Source of the DNA: Nannocystis bainbridge
GTDB lineage: Bacteria; Myxococcota_A; Polyangia; Nannocystales; Nannocystaceae
Length of the DNA stretch: 64,000 nt
Direction: 5' to 3'
NCBI RefSeq assembly: GCF_028368995.1
Contig: NZ_JAQNDL010000002.1
Coordinates: 864,001-928,000, forward strand
Shown: positions 13,657 to 22,068 of the stretch, one piece after another
Layout: every line of letters starts with the position of its first letter
Numbering within the stretch: position 1 is the stretch's first letter
Position numbers and translations under genes: made by a program
The notes under the pieces: generated by a model
What the model was told of the DNA's origin: nothing
What the model saw: the letters and a program-made list of their open reading frames with translations, nothing else
Database searches by the model: none

Positions 13657-14520
13657 CTCGCGCCCGCGCCCTCTCAGAGCTCCGCTTCCGATCTTTTCTC
13701 TATCGCTTTGGAGATCGTCTCGCGGGCGGTCCCGCCGCCGGGGGCTGCTGCGATCGCGCCGACTCGGCGCGGGTTGCGTCATCTCGTCGAACTCCTGGCG
13801 GAGGGCGAGCCGGCCGCCCGCATCGAGGCCGTGCTCTCAGATGCACCTGCCGTCGTCGCGGAGGTCAACCCGAAGGCCGCGGAGTTCTACGGTCCCGAGA
13901 TGTTCGTCGGCGAACGCTGGTCGCGTTGGTGCAACGATCAGGCGCGGCTTGCAGCGAAGCGTCAGGGCCCAGCGTTGGCGCAGCGGACAGCCCCTGCCTG
14001 CATCGAACCTGCTCGCGTGGATGAGCGCGCCGAGGTCCGGAAGCTCCTCTCGCTCGTCGAGACTCCTCGTGCGCCCAACCTGTGGGAGCAGACCCAAGCA
14101 TCGAGCTTGCCCGCGCACCAGCGAGCGCTCCTGTTTGCGCCTGATGCCGCACGCGATGCAGCTCGGCGCCTTGAGCAACACGCAACGTCGCAAGGACGCG
14201 AGCTAGCGCTGGACGAACTCCGAGCGGCGCTCGCCGCGGTCGCACCGACACTGGAGCCGCCACGACGCCGGACGAGCGAGGACCTCGAGCGCGAGGAAGA
14301 GCTCGAACTTGCCGAGCGAGCGACCGAGCACCAGCGCCGTACCCAGCAGCTCGCGGCGCTCGACGAGGTCGCCCGCCGCGACCCCGCCCAAGCGGTTCTG
14401 CTTTTCCGTTCGCTGCTCGCACGCGGCGACCTCGACGACGTCGAGCAACGACTCGTCGAGCAACGACTCTCGCAACTCTTGCAGCGGCAAGTCGCCGCTG
14501 CGGAGGACGACTCACGATGA
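13657..14520 (+). pseudogene. 3' part of gene interrupted by IS110 (possible rep C-terminal part)
   Basis: Removing the IS joins LGLEGGS (12233-12253) in frame to LAPAPSQS...; stop overlaps ParB start. Confidence 0.6.
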
Positions 14521-16550
14521 CACGGCGGCGTCAGCTAAGCATTGACGACCTGCTCGAAGGGACAGACATGGCGAGCAAGAGTACCAAGAAGGCACCGACA
14601 AATCGGGCTGCAGCGACTGCGGCCAAGCCCGCCCAGGCGGGCAAACCCAAGTCAGCGAAGCCGACCAAGGCCGCGGCGAAGGTCGCCGAGGAGGAGGCGG
14701 CTTCAGCCATCGCGCCCAGCTGGTGCTACGCGGCAGCGGTTGCGTGCGACCTCGTGCTGCGTGATCTCGAATGGCAGGCAACGCGCCGGGCCAAGTCGCT
14801 GCCGCGATGGGAGGATGGTGGCGTCGTCCCGTGCTTCCTCGCCGTGTTGGTGCGCGAGGGGCCTGGCGTGCTGGAGCGCGTGCACGAGCTGCTGCCGAGC
14901 TGCCCGCGGGACTGGCGTGGGTGGGCCGCCGAACGGGACGCGCTGTTCGAGAAGGCCGGCGTGGTCCTCGACTTCCGCAAGCTGGCCGACCGTCAGGTCG
15001 TCCAGGTGAGCCCGCATCACATCGAGCTCGCCACCGACCCGAAACATTCGATGTTCGACCGGCGCGCCCTCCTGCCGCCCGACCGCGGCTTGGCGGAGTC
15101 GATCAAGGCCGTGGGCGAGGTCGTCGAGGTCCTGCAACTGACGCCGCACGAGGACGAGGACGGCACGACCAGGCTGTACTCGGGGAGCGGGAGTCGGCGC
15201 ACGCAGGCGACCCGCCTGGCGAACCGCCTCCTGCTCGAGGAGTGGATGCAGCAGGTTCGCCGCACCAACGACGGGAAGCGCGCGACGCTGGCGCCGCCGG
15301 TGTTGATTCGGACGGTTCACGCGATGGTCCGGCGAGAAGGCAAGGCGCGCACGGTGGCCGCGGTGGTGGCCAACCAGATGCGGCTCGAGGAGGATCTGAT
15401 CCGCGAGGCGGACGGCGTCGAGCAGCTGCTCGCCGCCGGCTACCGCCTCGAGGACGTTGCAGCTCGCACGGGTAAGAGCCTCCGCACCGTGACGAACCTG
15501 CACAGCCTGAACAAGCTCGCGGCCGAACTGCGCGACGAGGTGACGCAGGGGAAGCTGCCGGCGGTGGTGGCGTACAGGCTGGCCATGGAGCCGTCGAAGA
15601 AACGTCAAGTCGAGGCGGCGCGCGCGACCGACTCCTACAAGACCGGCGGTCCCCGCTGCCAGGCGATCGATTGCTATCTCGCTGGGCAACCGTTGCCCGT
15701 GGTGGCGCCCAAGAAGCCGACGATGGCCAGCCGGACCATCCACGCGGCCGCGGAACGCCTCGCTGCCGCCTCGCTGCCGGCCGAGCTCGGGCCGTTCGTG
15801 CTGATGGCCAAGGCCATGGCCGGCGACCACGATGCGATGGCGGCCCTACCGCCGCAGATCCGTGGCGCCTTCGTGGATCCGGCGAAGCAGGCGAAACAGC
15901 GGCTGCGGTGGCAGGAAGCGGGCTTCGACGAGACCTCGCAGATGGCGTGGATGGCGGCGAGCGACGAGATCGGCCCCGAGCAAGCGAAACGCCTGCAGGG
16001 GGTTGGGGCGCTGCCCGAACACCTGAACCTATCGCCCACGGTTCACCTGCTCGACGAGGTCGAGGAGGAGTCCTGGGGCCTCGCCAGCGACACGGTCACG
16101 CTCGGGAGCCTGCTCGACGACTTCATCATCAATGAGGCGCAAGTCGCAGCCGATGCTGGTCGCGACGGGCAACGCGTCACGACATACGCGGAGCATGAGG
16201 AGCTTCGCTGGAGTCGGCGAGGGTTCACGAGCGAGGAAACGGCCTCGTGGCGCCAGGCGACGCAGACGCCCAGCCTCGAGTCGGGCTGCTCGAGCGAGAT
16301 GGCCGCCGCGTTGCGCGACTCGGGCGTCACGCCCGCGATGCTGCTGCTGGCTCCGACGGGCGACCTCTTGGGGAAGTACGTTGCAAGCTGGGACTTCGAG
16401 ACCAACGAGCGACTCAGTCTGGGTCTGTTCGTGATGGAGGCCGGTCTCGAAGTCGCCGAGGTCCTGAAAGATGCCGCCTCCAGCGACCAGCGCTTCGCTA
16501 CCGGCGGCGAAGCGCTGGCGCTCCTGGAAGCGGAGGACGCGGCCGAATAG
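14517..16550 (+). CDS. ParB/Spo0J-like protein with duplicated C-terminal module
   Basis: LAESIKAVG, GSRR box II-like motif, HTH LEDVAARTGKSLRTV; two RW...GF...W modules; alternative ATG at 14568. Confidence 0.7.
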   Translation: MTRRRQLSIDDLLEGTDMASKSTKKAPTNRAAATAAKPAQAGKPKSAKPTKAAAKVAEEEAASAIAPSWCYAAAVACDLVLRDLEWQATRRAKSLPRWEDGGVVPCFLAVLVREGPGVLERVHELLPSCPRDWRGWAAERDALFEKAGVVLDFRKLADRQVVQVSPHHIELATDPKHSMFDRRALLPPDRGLAESIKAVGEVVEVLQLTPHEDEDGTTRLYSGSGSRRTQATRLANRLLLEEWMQQVRRTNDGKRATLAPPVLIRTVHAMVRREGKARTVAAVVANQMRLEEDLIREADGVEQLLAAGYRLEDVAARTGKSLRTVTNLHSLNKLAAELRDEVTQGKLPAVVAYRLAMEPSKKRQVEAARATDSYKTGGPRCQAIDCYLAGQPLPVVAPKKPTMASRTIHAAAERLAAASLPAELGPFVLMAKAMAGDHDAMAALPPQIRGAFVDPAKQAKQRLRWQEAGFDETSQMAWMAASDEIGPEQAKRLQGVGALPEHLNLSPTVHLLDEVEEESWGLASDTVTLGSLLDDFIINEAQVAADAGRDGQRVTTYAEHEELRWSRRGFTSEETASWRQATQTPSLESGCSSEMAAALRDSGVTPAMLLLAPTGDLLGKYVASWDFETNERLSLGLFVMEAGLEVAEVLKDAASSDQRFATGGEALALLEAEDAAE

Positions 16551-16626
16551 GCGTAATGCCGGCGAAGGAAGCTGGCGCTGATGCACCAACGCAAACTGAC
16601 GCTCGGCCCGATGGCGAGCGGAATGG

Positions 16627-16989
16627 ATGGAAGACATGGAGTTGACGGAACAGGAGAAAATCTTCGCGCAGAGGCTGAAGGGGGATCCCAACGCCCACGC
16701 CTACTGCCTGCTCGCCGCGGTGCTGCAGGCGATCGCCAATCTCGCGGCATCTCTTGCGACGACCCAGCGACCACGGGCGCAGGTCCATGAGATCGTCGTG
16801 GCGTTAGTCGCCACCATGACGGCGCTCCAGGAGCGGCGTCAGGACTGGTCGGAACAGGCAGGGACGCTCGAGGCGCATCTGGGCGCTTTCATCAAGACGG
16901 TGCCGGATGACCTGAAACCCACCCTGGGCACGTACCTGGCGAAGATCCGCGAGGCGCGGGCGGTGGGCCCCGCAGAAGGCGAGGGGTGA
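16627..16989 (+). CDS. Hypothetical helical protein
   Basis: Typical codon usage; TGATG coupling to next gene. Confidence 0.55.
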   Translation: MEDMELTEQEKIFAQRLKGDPNAHAYCLLAAVLQAIANLAASLATTQRPRAQVHEIVVALVATMTALQERRQDWSEQAGTLEAHLGAFIKTVPDDLKPTLGTYLAKIREARAVGPAEGEG

Positions 16990-17153
16990 TGGCGCGACTC
17001 GAACAGCCGCAGAAGGGACGTCACGTTCAGCTTTCAGAGAAGGCGCCGACTGGGGGACCGCCTCCGGAGGCAACCATGCCCTACCTGCCAATATCGCGTG
17101 AGACACGGCTCCTTCGGAATTCAGAGAGCAGGGCGAGACCGTGAATCGAGAAC

Positions 17154-17507
17154 ATGAGTCACCAAACCATCGAGAAGAGCGGTAACGGAGAGCAATCGAG
17201 TAGATCGGACGAGAGCACGGCAAGGCCGTTGGGCGCCGATACGGCGAGTCAGCAATCGTATAGTCCCGTCGAAGTTCTTGCTTCACCTACAGCGGGCCCG
17301 ATCGCCAGGAGCGCCCTGCTGCGGAGCAGAGACAAGGAGCAATCGAGTCGGCGAGGCGAGAGCGCGTCGAGGTCGCCGGGTACCGATGCGGCGAGTCAGC
17401 AAGGGCGTAGTCCCGTCGAAATTCTTGCTGCGCTTGCGGCGATGCCGAGGCGCACTCGCGGGTGGAGTTCGGGCTCGAATCGGGCGAGGAAGGAGGCATG
17501 GATCTGA
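17154..17507 (+). CDS. IS-borne accessory ORF with internal 49-codon-period duplication
   Basis: EQSSR...SPVEVLA / EQSSR...SPVEILA; stop overlaps an orfA ATG (TGATG). Confidence 0.4.
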   Translation: MSHQTIEKSGNGEQSSRSDESTARPLGADTASQQSYSPVEVLASPTAGPIARSALLRSRDKEQSSRRGESASRSPGTDAASQQGRSPVEILAALAAMPRRTRGWSSGSNRARKEAWI

Positions 17508-19023
17508 TGGCGACTCAAGCACGAGAGCCCGACCCCGAGACCGCCGAGAAGGCGACGCGTCGCAGCTTCACGCCGGCGTACAAGCGGAAGATCCTCGCGC
17601 AGACCGACCACGCGAGCGATGGGCAGATCGGCGCCATCCTGCGCAAGGAGGGCCTGTACAGCTCGCTGTTGTCGACCTGGAGGCGGCAGCGAGACGAGGG
17701 TACGCTGGGCGCGTTGAAGCCGAAGAAACGCGGACCGAAGCCGAAGCAGGACCCCGAGCAGAAGGAGCTGGAGCGCCTGCGCCGCCGTGTGGCGCAGCTC
17801 GAGCACAAGCTCGAGACGGCGGAGCTGATCATCGATGTCCAAAAAAAAGTCTCGCAATTGCTCGGGATCCCGCTCGCGACGATCGATCCGTCCGAGAAGC
17901 CCTGATCGCGCAAGCGGACGATCTGTCCGCGAGGACAGGTCTGTCGCGGGCGTGCGAGGCGCTGGGGGTCTCGCGGGCGACCGTGTACCGTCGGCGCCGC
18001 CCTGCGCCGTCGCCGAGCTCGGCGAAGCCGCGGCCGTCGCCACGGGCGCTGAGCGCGGTGGAGCGCCAGGAGGTGCTGGAACTGCTGCACAGCGAGCGCT
18101 TCGTCGACAAGGCGCCCGAGGTCATCGTGCCGATGCTGCTCGACGAGCAGCGCTGGCTATGCAGCGCGCGCACCATGTATCGCCTGCTCGCCGCCGAGGG
18201 CGAGCTCCGCGAGCGCCGGCGACAGCGGCGGCACCCCGAGTACAAGCGCCCCGAGCTGCTGGCGACCGCGCCGAACCAGGTGTGGTCGTGGGACGTCACC
18301 TGGCTGCGGGGACCGACGAAGGGCCAATACTATTACCTGTACGTCCTGCTCGACATCTACAGCCGCTGCGTCGTCGGCTGGACCCTGGCGCGCCGCGAGA
18401 GCGCCGACATCGCTGCGCGCCTGATCCGCGCCGCCTGCGACAAGCAGAACATTCAACCTGACCAATTGACCATCCACGCCGATCGCGGCGCCGTCCCGAC
18501 CTCCCGCGAGCTCGCCGACCTTTACGACGTCCTCGGCGCCCGCCGCTCGCACAGCCGGCCCCACGTCAGCGACGACAATCCGTACTCGGAGGCCCACTTC
18601 AAGACCCTCAAGTATACCCACGACTACCCCGACCGCTTCGCCTCCTACGACCACGCCCACGCCTTCTGCGGCCGCTTCGTCGACGGCTACAACCATCACC
18701 ACCGCCACTCCGGCATCGCCTTCCTGGCGCCCGCCGACGTGCATTACGGCCGCACCGAGGCCATCCTGTCCATCAGGGCTGCCGCCCTCCACGCCGCCTA
18801 CGAAGCCCATCCCGAGCGCTTCGTCCGCGGACTGTCCACGCCGCGCCGGCCTCCCGCCGCGGTCTACATCAACCCACCGCGCCGCCTCGAACGCGGCCTT
18901 CGCGAGTACGACGTCCATGTCCTTTCGGACGGGTGCAGCACGACCGATCCATCCTTTCATCACCACTCCGGCGAAATCTCACAATCACTAAACCCGACCA
19001 ACACCGTGTCTCAAAGTCATTGA
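17498..19023 (+). CDS. IS3-family transposase OrfA (to 17905) / OrfB, -1 programmed frameshift
   Basis: OrfA HTH plus zipper; A8G slippery site 17841-17849; OrfB in -1 frame with DDE core (WSWDVT, HADRG, DNPYSEAHFKTLK). Confidence 0.92.
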
Positions 19024-19439
19024 CAGGCTCCGGACATGACGGGCCGCGACTCCTCTGCGGAGTTCCTCGAGGTGACCTGGGCCTTTCAGGAGTGCGTGCG
19101 GTTGCTCGAGCATCCGGACGCCCCCGTTAGCGACGAGCCGCCGGGCTCGACGTCCGCTGCGGGCATGCCTCCATGGGCGCAAGCAGTCGAGGAGGAGTTC
19201 AACAAGGAGAAGAACGCGCTCCTTGAGGAGTGGCGCCGCGTGAAGCGGGCCGCCACCGCGAGCGAAGCGCTAGAGGGGCTCGGAGCGCTCGCCACGCGAG
19301 CCGAGCGCTACCATCGCGCCGGCCGTGAGGTGGTGGCCGGAGTACGAGTGTTCCGGCGAATGTTCAGCAAGTGACCCTGCTGCGTGGCGCTCGCCACGCG
19401 TGCCGAGCGCTACGTGAGGGACCCGCGGTTACAGCCGCG

Positions 19440-19862
19440 TCAGTCCTTTTGTCGAGTTCTGCCGAAACTGAACGCCCCGCCAGCGATGGAGATCATGGTC
19501 AAAATGATGAGGCCGGTCTCTTTGTCGTAGAAGAGAAGAAGCAGGGCCCCGATAACTAGGACAAGGATGACGGTTCCCGTCACATATAACCGATGCAGCT
19601 GCAGCGCATTTTCCCGCTGCAGGTGCCGGTCCGCGAACTCAAGCTCCTCACGCCCTTGTTCTCTACGCGCTGCGATGTCGGTTTCTGTGACGCGGACCAG
19701 GGGCTGGATCACCATGTCGCGAACCGCGAGCAGCAGGGCGCTCTGCTGTTCGCTCAGCGCAGGGTGGACGCCTTCCTCTTCTGGTTGCAGGACCTCTGGC
19801 GAGTCCTCATCTCCCACGTGCTGCAACGCTTGCTCGTTACTCGTCTTGTTGGGGTCGCTCAC
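19440..19862 (-). CDS. Two-TM membrane protein, DUF2335-like architecture
   Basis: Acidic N-terminus, helix, two C-terminal hydrophobic segments, basic tail; lower GC. Confidence 0.6.
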   Translation of the reverse strand: MSDPNKTSNEQALQHVGDEDSPEVLQPEEEGVHPALSEQQSALLLAVRDMVIQPLVRVTETDIAARREQGREELEFADRHLQRENALQLHRLYVTGTVILVLVIGALLLLFYDKETGLIILTMISIAGGAFSFGRTRQKD

Positions 19863-20083
19863 TTCTTGCTCGGCTCGCTCTTCACGGAGCTCTGGGCACC
19901 GCGTTCATAGCTCTCTGGGCCCCGAATCACTAACCCACCGACTCTCGCTGCGACGTTGCCGATCGTGACCACGACCTGCGCTACCTCGCTTGAATTTTGC
20001 GATTGGAATTGTCCGGACGGAGTGGCAGTCCGGACACGCTCCAGAGCACGCTGGACATCACGCTTGGCGTTGGCGTTTGTCAT
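19859..20083 (-). CDS. Small hypothetical protein coupled to the TM gene
   Basis: GTGA overlap with downstream gene; AAGGAG just upstream. Confidence 0.45.
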   Translation of the reverse strand: MTNANAKRDVQRALERVRTATPSGQFQSQNSSEVAQVVVTIGNVAARVGGLVIRGPESYERGAQSSVKSEPSKK

Positions 20084-20212
20084 GCTCCTTGGACAGTAGC
20101 ACAACCATCAGCGCCGTCTTGTCCCCTGGGTAGGCCATGTCCGCCCGTGACCGAGCTCGAGTTGGCGCTTGGAGTAGGGGGCTGCCTGTGGAGCCATGCA
20201 TAAGCTATGCAC

Positions 20213-20299
20213 AGCGCCCCTAGCGCGATGCAGTAGCGCCCCTAGCGCGATGCAGTAGCGCCCCTAGCGCGATGCAATAGCGCCCCTAGCGCGATGCAG
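20213..20299. repeat. Four tandem 22-bp direct repeats (iteron-like)
   Basis: TAGCGCCCCTAGCGCGATGCAG x4, near-perfect, no spacers. Confidence 0.95.
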
Positions 20300-20375
20300 G
20301 CGCCTTGGCGAGGACCTCAACGAGACGGCCACCTCGATGAAGACGAGGACGAGGTTGGAGTCGTCCAATAAAACC

Positions 20376-20407
20376 AAAAAAAGACCCGGTGGGTTGCACC
20401 GGGTCTT
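20376..20407 (-). terminator. Intrinsic terminator on the minus strand
   Basis: 11-bp stem AAGACCCGGTG/CACCGGGTCTT, 5-nt loop, T-tract on minus strand. Confidence 0.8.
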
Positions 20408-20446
20408 CCGAGTCGCGGGTCGCGTCCGCAACTCTTGTCCGCAAAT

Positions 20447-20575
20447 TTATTTTGCCCTCTTGATTTTTTCAAGGGGGCCTGGCGTCATGCATCCACACAG
20501 GAGATGCCCATGTCGTCGCGTGACTTGGTCTTCTCCCGGGGTGACCTGTCCCCCACAGTAGGGACAAGGTTTCAT
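20447..20575 (-). pseudogene. Displaced native 5' end of zinc-ribbon/TPR gene, containing right attachment junction (20551-20575)
   Basis: ATG AAA CCT TGT CCC TAC TGT GGG = MKPCPYCG versus MKPCPFCG at 6527; TATGCT box upstream. Confidence 0.8.
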
Positions 20576-20722
20576 TAGAGCGAGAAGCATACCGGGCCCT
20601 GCGGCCGCGACCCAGCATCGGGGTGATTCGAGCCCGAGTCCTCCCATGAGGAAGGTCTCGCCTATCGCTGCTGCGCGGCGTAATGGCTCTCGGGCAAGCT
20701 GGCTCCGCTCGTTTCTCGGCCC

Positions 20723-21829
20723 ATGAAGCGCGACCACCACCTCTCGTCGTTCCTGCGCAAACCCCCGGCTCGCCTCGATCTGGCGACCTTGCCGACCCCG
20801 GTCGAGCGGGCGCCGTGGCTCGACGCTCCAGGCGCCGCGGTCTACGTCAAGCGCGACGATCAGACCAGCCGACTCTATGGCGGCGGCAAAGTCCGCAAGC
20901 TGGAGTGGCTGCTCGCCAACCCGCCGTACGACGATCGACGTCCGATCCTCTCGGTCGGTGGGATCGGCAGCCACCACCTCGTCGCCCTCGCGCTGCACCT
21001 CCAGGCCCAGGACCGCGAGCTGCACGCGTGGGTGTTCGACCAGGTGCCGACCGAGCACACGCTCGACGATCTGGCGGTGTTGCTGTCGACCGGGGCCAAG
21101 CTGTGGGCCGTGCCGACGCGGCCGGCGCTGCCGCTGGCGTGGCTGGGCTATCGCACGTGGGCGAAGCCGCCGCAGAGCGGGGTCTACATGCCGCCGGGCG
21201 GGACCACCGGGATCGGTTGCCTCGGCTTCGTCGAGGCCGGGCTCGAGCTGGCCCAGCAGGTCAAGGAGGGCCTGCTGCCGGCCCCGCAGGCGCTCTACGT
21301 CACCGGGGGCACGTGCGGCTCGTGTTGTGGGCTGGCGCTCGGGCTGGCGCTCGCGGGCCTGCCGGTGCGCATCCGCGTGGTCTCGGCGCTCGAGCGCCTG
21401 TACCTCGGGACATACTTGCTGAAGCGCACGCTGAACCAGGCCTTCGCCGCCCTGGTGGACGCCGGGCTGCAGCCCGAGCTGGCCGCGCTCGGTCCGGCCG
21501 GGCTGCTCGCGCGCGCCGGCGTGACCTGGTCGATCGATCACTCGCAGGTCGGCTCCGGATACGCCGTGCCGACCACGGCCGGGCAGGAGGCGGTGGACCT
21601 GGCCGCGGGCGGCGGGCTCGAGCTCGAGACGACCTATACCGGCAAGTGCCTGGCCGCGCTGCGTCGCGACCTCGCGGCCGGCGAGGTCGCGGGGCCGGTG
21701 CTGTTCTGGGACACCCACGGGGCCACCGACCTGCGGCCGCACATCGTCGCCGGCTGGCAGGCGCGCGTGCCCCTGGCGCTGCGGCGGCGACTGATCCGCG
21801 CCGGCGCGGCCCTGCCGGCCGCGCGCTGA
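20723..21829 (+). CDS. PLP-dependent D-cysteine desulfhydrase / ACC deaminase family enzyme
   Basis: PTPV, YVKRDD, YGGGKVRKLE, GSHH, LETTYTGK. Confidence 0.88.
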   Translation: MKRDHHLSSFLRKPPARLDLATLPTPVERAPWLDAPGAAVYVKRDDQTSRLYGGGKVRKLEWLLANPPYDDRRPILSVGGIGSHHLVALALHLQAQDRELHAWVFDQVPTEHTLDDLAVLLSTGAKLWAVPTRPALPLAWLGYRTWAKPPQSGVYMPPGGTTGIGCLGFVEAGLELAQQVKEGLLPAPQALYVTGGTCGSCCGLALGLALAGLPVRIRVVSALERLYLGTYLLKRTLNQAFAALVDAGLQPELAALGPAGLLARAGVTWSIDHSQVGSGYAVPTTAGQEAVDLAAGGGLELETTYTGKCLAALRRDLAAGEVAGPVLFWDTHGATDLRPHIVAGWQARVPLALRRRLIRAGAALPAAR

Positions 21830-21860
21830 CCACGGCGCGCCCGCGGTCGGACGGACGATC

Positions 21861-21907
21861 GCACATGCCCCGAAGGGCATGTCGCACAGGACATGTCCGA
21901 AGGGGCA
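21861..21907. repeat. 14-bp-period array
   Basis: CATG at 21864, 21878, 21892. Confidence 0.8.
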
Positions 21908-22068
21908 GCACGGTCGATGGCCAGGGCAGGACCGTCCTCGGCGGCCGGAGGCGGTCGGGCGGGGTCGAGCTCCGGATCCGGCCGTCCTCGGCGGCCGGCG
22001 GCCGTCCGGGCCCGGCAGAACGGTTTGTGCTTGCGCCGGGGGGGCCTTCGGGTCAATGTCCGGCCGCC

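Larger units (their letters stand above)
17079..19034 (+). mobile_element. IS3-family insertion sequence (ends +/- 2 bp)
   Basis: Imperfect IRs (CCTGCCAAT..TGAGACACGG / CCGTGTCTCA..ATTGACAGG); CATG duplicated at 17075-78 and 19035-38. Confidence 0.82.
16989..19374 (+). pseudogene. Hypothetical gene split by IS3-family element
   Basis: MARLEQ...PEATM (16989-17078) is in frame with MTGRDSSAEF (19036-19374) across a duplicated CATG. Confidence 0.7.

Noticed and set aside
20213-20299. 22-bp repeats as a mini-CRISPR
   Set aside because: Contiguous repeats with no spacers
20683-22068. N-terminal extension making fadJ 1193 aa
   Set aside because: Overlaps the PLP-enzyme gene and a repeat array; homology starts at ATG 22069
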